The position numbers and the translations under genes were made by a program. From Minisyncoccota bacterium (GTDB lineage: Bacteria; Patescibacteriota; Minisyncoccia; Phycocordibacterales; JABAAK01): DNA of 64,000 nucleotides. The notes beneath the pieces are model-generated. The model was not told where the DNA came from and did no database searches. It saw only the letters and a program-made list of their open reading frames with translations. Below, piece after piece: positions 41,445 through 49,054 of this stretch. Numbering within the stretch: the first letter of the stretch is position 1; every line of letters starts with the position of its first letter. The DNA lies in NCBI GenBank assembly GCA_958295675.1, contig OY282360.1, positions 52,133 to 116,132 of the forward strand, written 5' to 3'.

Positions 41445-42536
41445 TTATTTTCCTGATTTAGTGCGGTTATCTTTTTTGCATAACATCTGGCAATTTTTTG
41501 CAATTGTTTTACCACCTTCATGCCAAGGGGTAATATGGTCAGCCTCCATCTCTTGAATCTCAAACCGTTTTTCGCATTTTGCGCAGATACCCTTTTGCCT
41601 CTCATACGCTTCTCGCTTCATGTTCTCGGTAAAGGTACGAATAGAAAGATGTTTTTCCTCTCTCGTTAAGACATAGGGGTAAATGCCAGATTTTTTAGTC
41701 ACATCTTCGTCTTGCATTAATTCAGTAATCTCAGTCTCTAGTTTTTTAGCATTCAGGTTTTGAGTATTGAATTGGTTATACAGTTCACCCCAATGTACAC
41801 TCGCCATCTCATTGCGGTAATTGGTAAAAGTCTTTCGCACCCAAGCAACCACCCTTTGAAAGTATTCCCATAATTCATCAGCATTTTTATCGTGCTGATG
41901 TTTTGCCATGTACTCTTCTATTTCTCCGTTATTGATCCAGGAAAGTGCAGTCTCTAGATAGTCCTGTCTTATCGGCGAACCCTTCAGAAGTGATCCATCA
42001 TCATTCGCCAAAAGGTATGCTGCACAACCTGTTTTGCTAAATTTTAGCTTTGCGTCAGAGAGCCACGGTCCGGTGTAGACCGCATTTCGTATTTCCTGGT
42101 CAGTTAATTCTGCACCGGCAATATTAATAATCCTAAACCAATCAAGCCGCTCTTTATCTGTGCCTTCGCAGAAGTAAATCATTAGTTCATAATTTAAAAT
42201 CTGGTCTTGTTCCTCGCCAGTTAAATTATGAAAATAGTGATTATTCAATGAAAAGTCACCGTTTATATATTGTCCTATACTTATAGTTCGTTGTTGACCG
42301 TCCAGCATTTCATAATTTCCACCTTCTTTTACCATCCAGTACATAACATTGAGTGGAAAACCATTTTTAATTGTTTCAATTACGGCATCACGCTGTTTGC
42401 CGGTATAGACAAACTCTCTTTGGTATTTAGGACGAATGTCTAATCTACCACCATAGGCGGTAACACCTTCCTCATCACTGTCTTTGTATTTCTCAACCAC
42501 ATCACGAACCAAAATCTTGTGTAATTCAATTTTCAT
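41445..42536 (-). CDS. DUF262 (ParB-like/GmrS) + HNH endonuclease
   Basis: PKYQREFVY, LDGQQRT, WFRIIN; CAKC...EADHITPWHEGG...NCQMLC..DN. Confidence 0.88.
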   Translation of the reverse strand: MKIELHKILVRDVVEKYKDSDEEGVTAYGGRLDIRPKYQREFVYTGKQRDAVIETIKNGFPLNVMYWMVKEGGNYEMLDGQQRTISIGQYINGDFSLNNHYFHNLTGEEQDQILNYELMIYFCEGTDKERLDWFRIINIAGAELTDQEIRNAVYTGPWLSDAKLKFSKTGCAAYLLANDDGSLLKGSPIRQDYLETALSWINNGEIEEYMAKHQHDKNADELWEYFQRVVAWVRKTFTNYRNEMASVHWGELYNQFNTQNLNAKKLETEITELMQDEDVTKKSGIYPYVLTREEKHLSIRTFTENMKREAYERQKGICAKCEKRFEIQEMEADHITPWHEGGKTIAKNCQMLCKKDNRTKSGK

Positions 42537-42537
42537 G

Positions 42538-43566
42538 TTATTTTTTTGCTTTTTTATTTCTTATTAATATTCTGAAGTATGTATACTTTCCATCTATCGA
42601 TAAATCCTTATCATCATCACCTTTTCTAAACTTTACTATCTCAAACTGGTCAGGATTATATTTGTCAAGGAATGTGATTGGGACACCTATAACACCATCA
42701 TAATTATAAGGTATATCGGTATATTTATCTACATTAATTGCATTATAATTATCATATTTTGGATATTCTTCCGGTGTGTATTTTTTATAAAGTACGATAT
42801 CGTTTTTGTGTTTTGTAACTTCAAGATTTGTAAACCAACATGAAGTTGCTACACGAGCAATCTTCTTGCCATTTTCATCAATATGGTGAAATTTTTCCCA
42901 ATCGTCTGGTACAACAAAAAACATTCCTACATTAAAATTAGTATAACCAGTTCGAATTTTATTTTCCTTGAAAAATTTAAAAATCTCTTTATATGTAATT
43001 GCATTTGTATTACCAATAATCAAGAATTCTTTATCAAGTTCTGTTAATTGTGTAACATACTCACGAAATAATGAAAATGGAGGGTTAGTAACCACCACAT
43101 CCGCTTGTTTGAGTAAATTGACACATTCTTCACTACGAAAATCACCATCACCTTCAAGAGGTTTTGCAACATTAGCATCTTGTCTCAGTAATTGCTCAAC
43201 GTCTTCCAAATTGACTGCACCATCATTATTAAGATCTTTAACTTCATTAATTTCAATTCTAAATGGCTCCTTTCCTTCAGGTTTTAATCCCTCTATTTCA
43301 ACGAGTGGCAACTGCCCACCAGCAATTGGTGACCTTATATAACTTGTGGCAATAAGTTTTTTAAGTTTCAGTGCGTTAAAATTAGCGGCAAAATACTTAA
43401 AAAAGTTACTTTCATAAGGATCATCGCAGTTACAGTACACAACCTTATCATGAAATTGTTCTTTGTAATGTCTTAACTCTTTCTCAATATCAACAAGTTG
43501 AGTATAAAACTCATCTTTTTTTGCTTTAGATGCCTGATGAAGAGCTGTATTTGAAGATTTAGCCAT
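42538..43566 (-). CDS. Adenine-specific DNA methyltransferase, EcoRI family
   Basis: KKDEFYT, YCNCDDP, GDGDFRSEEC, VVTNPPFSLFRE, GVPITFLDKY. Confidence 0.9.
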   Translation of the reverse strand: MAKSSNTALHQASKAKKDEFYTQLVDIEKELRHYKEQFHDKVVYCNCDDPYESNFFKYFAANFNALKLKKLIATSYIRSPIAGGQLPLVEIEGLKPEGKEPFRIEINEVKDLNNDGAVNLEDVEQLLRQDANVAKPLEGDGDFRSEECVNLLKQADVVVTNPPFSLFREYVTQLTELDKEFLIIGNTNAITYKEIFKFFKENKIRTGYTNFNVGMFFVVPDDWEKFHHIDENGKKIARVATSCWFTNLEVTKHKNDIVLYKKYTPEEYPKYDNYNAINVDKYTDIPYNYDGVIGVPITFLDKYNPDQFEIVKFRKGDDDKDLSIDGKYTYFRILIRNKKAKK

Positions 43567-43888
43567 AACAATTTCTTATACTTAAAGTATGCCATCTAAT
43601 TTTTATGATAATCCAACAGAAGAAATTCCAGCAAAAACAAATTATCCACCCATTTTTCTTATAACGACAGTGTGTATTCTCATAATAGGAAATCCGTCCG
43701 TGAAAACCCTATCGGGAGGTTCACTGGCGGATTACTAGTTTTCCTCTCCTTCGCCAACGCCGAACATTTTCTTTTGCAGTTTTGATACGTGCCGTTAAGG
43801 CATAGAAAGGTTCTAGTGATACATATTGATGACCCACCTGCTCTCCGTACCGAATCCGCGGCGAGCACGCGGAGTTGGGGCGGTGGAA

Positions 43889-44008
43889 GAATAGAAAAAG
43901 AAAATAACGGCGGTGATTGGCACGGGAGCGGAGCGAACGGAGGGGTCTTGTCGCAGGCATGTCCCCGCAACGATGCGGAGCGACTAGTTTTCATGTTTAC
44001 TGAGCGCG
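43889..44008 (-). repeat. Right inverted repeat of defence island (with ~46-nt extra internal segment)
   Basis: See left IR; extra segment is bounded by duplicated TCGCTCCGC. Confidence 0.85.
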
Positions 44009-44034
44009 AATGTGTGTCATCTTGTATCCTTGGG

Positions 44035-44105
44035 TGCGGGCGGGGAGAATCGAACTCCCGTTTTCCGCTTGGAAGGCGGATGTTCTACCACTAAACTACG
44101 CCCGC
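44035..44105 (-). tRNA. tRNA-Gly(TCC)
   Basis: GCGGGCG...CGCCCGC-A; anticodon arm TCCGC-CTTCCAA-GCGGA. Confidence 0.93.
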
Positions 44106-44131
44106 GAGGTCAACGCTTTTACTATACTACA

Positions 44132-44170
44132 CAAAAAGCGAAGACAAGATTTCCTGCCTTCGCTTTTTTG
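44132..44170. terminator. Hairpin terminator, likely bidirectional
   Basis: AAAAAGCGAAG...CTTCGCTTTTT. Confidence 0.6.
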
Positions 44171-44187
44171 TATTGCATAATTTTCAA

Positions 44188-44298
44188 TTACTCACTTCCC
44201 TCTCCTCCAGCTGTTTCTGCACCTGCCTCCTTCCGCTCTTCATCGTTGCCCTCACCAGGAGTATTGTTCTGCATTTCGTCTGTGTTTTCGTTCATCAT
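44188..44298 (-). CDS. Small acidic protein (36 aa)
   Basis: MMNENTDEMQNNTPGEGNDEERKEAGAETAGGEGSE*, followed by a terminator hairpin. Confidence 0.5.
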   Translation of the reverse strand: MMNENTDEMQNNTPGEGNDEERKEAGAETAGGEGSE

Positions 44299-44448
44299 AT
44301 ATGATTGATTTGATTTTTTGATAATACAGTCCGTATGGACATAACCACATAATACTACATGCCAGCAAGATATCAATAGGAAGCAAAATACAGGAGTATA
44401 AAATACAATACTTGCATATATGTCAAGTTTATGCTAATATAGTACTAT

Positions 44449-44742
44449 ATGATTAATAAAACAGAACAAAAAACCATAAAAATCAAGGTCTTTTTCACCG
44501 TGTTTATCGCAGTTTTGCTGGCATCGTTTATAGCAGTACCTCTGTATACCAATGCGCATACACCCACCAATGATGTCTGTCAGGAAGAGAGAATAGAGGA
44601 AAACCGTCGCTTTCTTGGCATTCTCATCACACTTTTGGGTATGTTAGAGGATGAATCCGTAGGTGGCGAATCTCCTGCAGACGATGGCAGTGATAGGCAG
44701 AGTACAGCAACCACTGGTAAAAATATGCTTGCATCTGTCTAA
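44449..44742 (+). CDS. Small secreted hypothetical protein
   Basis: Signal peptide ending TNA^H; -10-like box just upstream of ATG. Confidence 0.55.
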   Translation: MINKTEQKTIKIKVFFTVFIAVLLASFIAVPLYTNAHTPTNDVCQEERIEENRRFLGILITLLGMLEDESVGGESPADDGSDRQSTATTGKNMLASV

Positions 44743-44792
44743 GAAAGTGTCATAAACATCGTATTATTTCATTATCAATTACATTATTACCC

Positions 44793-44858
44793 CTCACGCC
44801 CCCTGGTGTGTCCGTGCTTTATTACTACCCTCTTCACGGACACACCAGGGGGCGTGAG
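44793..44858. repeat. Perfect 24-bp inverted repeat with 18-nt loop
   Basis: CTCACGCCCCCTGGTGTGTCCGTG / CACGGACACACCAGGGGGCGTGAG. Confidence 0.9.
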
Positions 44859-44874
44859 CATTATATATACATTG

Positions 44875-44946
44875 TCGGAGAGCCGGGACTCGAACCCGGA
44901 GTCACACGCACCCGAAGCGTGTATGTTACCCTTACACTACTCTCCG
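44875..44946 (-). tRNA. tRNA-Pro(CGG)
   Basis: CGGAGAG...CTCTCCG-A; anticodon arm CACGC-TTCGGGT-GCGTG. Confidence 0.92.
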
Positions 44947-45022
44947 AATACTAATAATATAGTACACAACTTCAATACTATACAGCACCTGTAATCATTT
45001 CATATGATACAGTACCTACATC

Positions 45023-45751
45023 ATGGCGGTAGAAATTGTATCCCTGCTTATTGTTATCGGCATTCTACTATATGTGTTGCCGTCCCTTATTGCGCATTAT
45101 CGTGGACACAAGCACACACTCCAGATTATCCTACTCAACCTTTTCCTTGGTTGGACAATTGTTTGTTGGTTCGGTGCATTCGTTTGGTCTGTTCTGACAG
45201 ACACACCACCAATTGATCTGAAACAGGTACTTAAGAAAATATTGATCACACTTCTTATTGTCACACTGCTTTTCATTGGATTAGTGTTCGGAATAAATCG
45301 GTTTCTGTACACATCTATTACTTCAGAATCGGAAGATATTTCTTGGCAACTCTCCACACAAGTAGGTTATCTCATATCACCATATCCATTCGCACAATTA
45401 CATTCAGACACTGCGCATGGCAGTCAATCATCTCTCTACATACATTGTCGGCATGACTTTCTGCAAGTACATATAGCTACCAACTTGCACGGACAGTTAC
45501 CCGGTGATGAATCAGATAAGCAGGTAAGGGCGCGACATCGAATAGGTCAGGGTGACTGGATAGATTTGGAATGGATTGCAAAACGCGGCGGTGTTACTTA
45601 TCCAGACACTGATTTTGTTCATTTTGTGAATTCACTGGACCAAGAAAAATCTGACCTTGTGATTGAATTTGAAACCGGCACCAAAGTTCAATTCCCTATT
45701 TGGAACGGTTACGACGATATGCGCAATCATATTACTTGTTTGCGGCAATAG
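45023..45751 (+). CDS. Superinfection immunity protein domain fused to extracellular domain
   Basis: YVLPSLIAHYRGH...LLNLFLGWTIVCW (T4 Imm-like), extra TM and soluble C-terminus. Confidence 0.8.
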   Translation: MAVEIVSLLIVIGILLYVLPSLIAHYRGHKHTLQIILLNLFLGWTIVCWFGAFVWSVLTDTPPIDLKQVLKKILITLLIVTLLFIGLVFGINRFLYTSITSESEDISWQLSTQVGYLISPYPFAQLHSDTAHGSQSSLYIHCRHDFLQVHIATNLHGQLPGDESDKQVRARHRIGQGDWIDLEWIAKRGGVTYPDTDFVHFVNSLDQEKSDLVIEFETGTKVQFPIWNGYDDMRNHITCLRQ

Positions 45752-45863
45752 ATGTTTTATCCGGTATTGTATAACGACAACACTTTCCGTGGTTGAACAG
45801 ATAGAGCACTGCATACAATTGAACCCGCATGTCCACAATAACAGATACAAAAATTCCTTTCAG

Positions 45864-45936
45864 TCGGGGAGCCGGGATTCGAACCCGGAGTCACCCGCAC
45901 CCAAAGCGGGCATGTTAGCCGTTACACCACTCCCCG
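45864..45936 (-). tRNA. tRNA-Pro(TGG)
   Basis: CGGGGAG...CTCCCCG-A; anticodon arm CCCGC-TTTGGGT-GCGGG. Confidence 0.93.
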
Positions 45937-45985
45937 GATAAGCAGTGGTAATTATACCATATATGCACTGTGCTATACTGTATAC

Positions 45986-46723
45986 ATGAAAGAAAAAAGA
46001 AATTTTTTTCTTGCTATTATAGGGATATTAATTATTCTATTAATTTTCTCTCTTTTTTCAGATTATAAGGAGCATGTATATGAAGAGAGAAAAGTGTTGT
46101 ATGAAGATGAAAGTGTTGAAGTTGCCAATCAGGAAAACCGTCCTAAATCCTGCAACAGTAATATTAAGGAGGTTGTTTCTGAAGAAGGTATGATTGCTGT
46201 TACATATGAAAGACCATCATGGCTGACCGGGCATGTAAAACAATGTGATATTGAACAATATATCTATGCACAGTATGCAGAGATTAAAAAAAGTGCGGAC
46301 GATTTGTTAGCCGAATTTCCGGATAGTGCACTACTTCCCTTTCGGCTGAATATAAAAATAAAACAGTATGTTGTTGATCCATACGAAAGTATTATTATTG
46401 AAAACTGGCATTATACCGGCGGCGCACATGGCAATGTTGCATATAAATATTATAATTTAAAGGAAAAGAGTGACATCTCATTTGAAAAATATCTGAATGA
46501 TATCAGATATGATAAGCAGAATCTATTACAACAAGTGAACAAGCAACTAGAAGAAGATGGAAATGATATGATAGAAAAATTTGAATCGGAATATGAAGAT
46601 CAGGAAGTTTCATTTCCATGGCATATACACCAGCGCGAAGACGAATCCTTGGGCATCACATTCATTTTTCCTCCATATTTTGTCGCATCATATGCGGCTG
46701 GCACGATTGTGTATTCATTTTAA
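45986..46723 (+). CDS. DUF4163/DUF3298 (RsiV/PdaC-like) membrane-anchored protein
   Basis: YTGGAHG and FPPYFVASYAAG motifs. Confidence 0.8.
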   Translation: MKEKRNFFLAIIGILIILLIFSLFSDYKEHVYEERKVLYEDESVEVANQENRPKSCNSNIKEVVSEEGMIAVTYERPSWLTGHVKQCDIEQYIYAQYAEIKKSADDLLAEFPDSALLPFRLNIKIKQYVVDPYESIIIENWHYTGGAHGNVAYKYYNLKEKSDISFEKYLNDIRYDKQNLLQQVNKQLEEDGNDMIEKFESEYEDQEVSFPWHIHQREDESLGITFIFPPYFVASYAAGTIVYSF

Positions 46724-46764
46724 ACACTTCTTTTCTTTCCTCCCTTTATATTGCTTAAAACAGA

Positions 46765-47172
46765 TTATACCCAGAAAATTTCTATACTCGGATACAAACG
46801 ATCGTGCGGCAAGATAACACCAATAACACCTAATGCAACACCAGTATATTTCGGATGACTATTTAAATAATAGTTGCCAAATTGTGACATTCGTTGTATT
46901 TTCTTTTTTGTAATTCGGTCTGATAGACAAAAATCAAAATCAATTATATTATCAACATTTTGTGTGTTTCTATGTGAAACATTAGAAGATGTTTCACGTG
47001 AAACACTCTTAACTTCAAATATATAAAGCACCTGATTCTTTTTTGCAATAATATCCACTTCTATAAATTTAGCTTTGTATTGCATGGCTATTATTGTATA
47101 TCCACAACTTTTCAAATACTTTTCCGCATATTTTTCCCCAGTATTTCCAATAAATTTCTGAAGTGTAAACAT
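46765..47172 (-). CDS. yraN: YraN (UPF0102) family nuclease
   Basis: GNTGEKYAEKYL..GYTII, EVDIIA, IFEVKS. Confidence 0.85.
   Translation of the reverse strand: MFTLQKFIGNTGEKYAEKYLKSCGYTIIAMQYKAKFIEVDIIAKKNQVLYIFEVKSVSRETSSNVSHRNTQNVDNIIDFDFCLSDRITKKKIQRMSQFGNYYLNSHPKYTGVALGVIGVILPHDRLYPSIEIFWV
46990..47005. promoter_or_regulatory. parS site inside yraN
   Basis: Perfect TGTTTCACGTGAAACA. Confidence 0.9.
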
Positions 47173-47196
47173 AGTTCTCTACAATTTATATACCAT

Positions 47197-47212
47197 TGTT
47201 TCACGTGAAACA
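47197..47212. promoter_or_regulatory. parS site
   Basis: Perfect TGTTTCACGTGAAACA. Confidence 0.9.
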
Positions 47213-47231
47213 TGTACAAATACACATATTT

Positions 47232-47860
47232 CACACACAAGTGTTTCACGTGAAACAGTTTCCTTGTGAAACGATTTACGTAAAATAAGGATATTTTTGC
47301 ACAAAGATGTTTCACGTGAAACATGCAGAGCCGTTAAACACACACAAGTGTTTCACGTGAAACAGTTTCCTTGTGAAACGATTTACGTAAAATAAGGATA
47401 TTTTTGCACAAAGATGTTTCACGTGAAACATGCAGAGCCGTTAAACACACACAAGTGTTTCACGTGAAACAGTTTCCTTGTGAAACGATTTACGTAAAAT
47501 AAGGATATTTTTGCACAAAGATGTTTCACGTGAAACATGCAGAGCCGTTAAACACACACAAGTGTTTCACGTGAAACAGTTTCCTTGTGAAACGATTTAC
47601 GTAAAATAAGGATATTTTTGCACAAAGATGTTTCACGTGAAACATGCAGAGCCGTTAAACACACACAAGTGTTTCACGTGAAACAGTTTCCTTGTGAAAC
47701 GATTTACGTAAAATAAGGATATTTTTGCACAAAGATGTTTCACGTGAAACATGCAGAGCCGTTAAACACACACAAGTGTTTCACGTGAAACAGTTTCCTT
47801 GTGAAACGATTTACGTAAAATAAGGATATTTTTGCACAAAGATGTTTCACGTGAAACATG
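47232..47860. repeat. 107-bp perfect tandem array (~5.9 copies) carrying 12 perfect parS sites and 6 DnaA-box-like 9-mers
   Basis: parS at 47242, 47308 and every +107 through 47777 and 47843; TTTTGCACA at 47295 and every +107. Confidence 0.92.
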
Positions 47861-47961
47861 TTTCACAAGGTAACACTTACAAGGTGTTTATAGCATTATA
47901 GTAGATACTTGTATAGAATCCTATTTTATTAATAAAAAGAATGGGACAGATATATTATTTC

Positions 47962-47993
47962 AAAAAAATTCCTCTTTTGTGTAAAAGAGGAAT
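47962..47993 (-). terminator. Intrinsic terminator
   Basis: ATTCCTCTTTT-GTGT-AAAAGAGGAAT with T-run on the minus strand. Confidence 0.65.
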
Positions 47994-48021
47994 AATCAGG
48001 CGATGCCTGATGAGAATGTCG

Positions 48022-48309
48022 CTATGAACACTCAATTGATGTAAATGGAAAGATCTGCATCAACAGAACTCCGCCGAAGATGGTAAGACCGATCGTCAAG
48101 AAAAACACAAGTTCTGAGACACCTCCGTCTTTAACCCGCTTCAGCACAGAAATCGCTACTGAGATGACGGATGGGACGAGAAAAGCAAGCACAACGGCAT
48201 TGATCATTACTGGTGCCACATTCGGCAGTCCGGTTACAACAAAAATGCTGAGTATCAATGTGGCAACAAGAACAGAGAGAGTTCCCAGCCTAGTTGTTTG
48301 TTTTGCCAT
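48022..48309 (-). CDS. Small three-TM membrane protein (SD-led orphan)
   Basis: AAAGGAG upstream of MAKQTT; hydrophobic helices. Confidence 0.65.
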   Translation of the reverse strand: MAKQTTRLGTLSVLVATLILSIFVVTGLPNVAPVMINAVVLAFLVPSVISVAISVLKRVKDGGVSELVFFLTIGLTIFGGVLLMQIFPFTSIECS

Positions 48310-48480
48310 GTTTCTATCTCCTTTTATGGAAAGAAAGTGGAAATCTAGCAGGCGAGCACGAGAAAAGGTATTTTGCCTCCTACAAGCACTCAAGTACATA
48401 ATACCACTTTTAATGATATTTCACAATAAGTAAAATATCCATTTTTTAAAAAGTATCCCTATGTGAAAAAATTGACAATT

Positions 48481-48774
48481 TTATATCTTCACCTTATAAT
48501 TTTTCCCATTATATATAATAGCAACCCCTTCCTTTTCAAGTATATGTTTTTTTCGATGAATACCGCCACGATTGTAGTTACCGAGTGTGCCATCACTTTT
48601 TATCACTCTGTGGCAGGGAACTGACGGATTATGGTTATGTGCCATGAGAGTGCCAACAGCTCGTTGTGCATTAGGATTGCCGGCTTTGCGCGCAACTTCT
48701 TGGTATGTCATGGTACTTCCTTTCGGTATTGATGAGACAATATATAGAACTTTTTCTTTAAATGCGGTTGTCAT
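48481..48774 (-). CDS. O6-methylguanine-DNA methyltransferase (MGMT family)
   Basis: IPKGSTMTY, RAVG, VPCHRVI. Confidence 0.9.
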   Translation of the reverse strand: MTTAFKEKVLYIVSSIPKGSTMTYQEVARKAGNPNAQRAVGTLMAHNHNPSVPCHRVIKSDGTLGNYNRGGIHRKKHILEKEGVAIIYNGKNYKVKI

Positions 48775-48782
48775 ATTATCAG

Positions 48783-48853
48783 TGCGGGTAGGGAGAATCG
48801 AACTCCCGTCTTAGCCATGGCAAGGCCACGTTCTACCACTAAACTATACCCGC
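48783..48853 (-). tRNA. tRNA-Gly(GCC)
   Basis: GCGGGTA...TACCCGC-A; anticodon loop TTGCCAT. Confidence 0.93.
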
Positions 48854-48959
48854 GGACAGAATGCGACATGCATGCGGTACACACAATGTCGCGCGAATAT
48901 AGTATAGCGTATACAGACGATATGAAAACCAATCTCTGTTAATGGTACACACAACTTGT

Positions 48960-49031
48960 TTGACAAGCAGGTTAGTATGCAATACACTGGTGTTGTGTAA
49001 TAGTTGTATTCCGCCTCAGGCGGGATTTTTT
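48960..49031 (+). promoter_or_regulatory. nusA promoter with leader terminator hairpin
   Basis: TTGACA-17-TACACT; TTCCGCC-TCA-GGCGGGA-TTTTTT at 49009-49031. Confidence 0.65.
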
Positions 49032-49054
49032 AATCCAATTTTGTAAAAAAAGAT

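Larger units (their letters stand above)
38618..44008. mobile_element. AT-rich defence/restriction island beside tRNA-Gly, bounded by inverted repeats; no intact integrase
   Basis: Visibly lower GC, R-M-like genes, terminal IRs, tRNA 3' end adjacent. Confidence 0.6.

Noticed and set aside
43680-44094. ORFs 43680-43994, 43721-43960 and 43789-44094 as genes
   Set aside because: They overlap the inverted repeat and tRNA and lack protein-like features, apart from a possible HTH relic
47112-47324. 70-aa ORF with MFHVKH repeats
   Set aside because: Translation of the parS palindromes, not a plausible protein
47197-47860. CRISPR array
   Set aside because: Intervening sequences are identical between units, the 16-bp repeat is the parS consensus, and there are no cas genes
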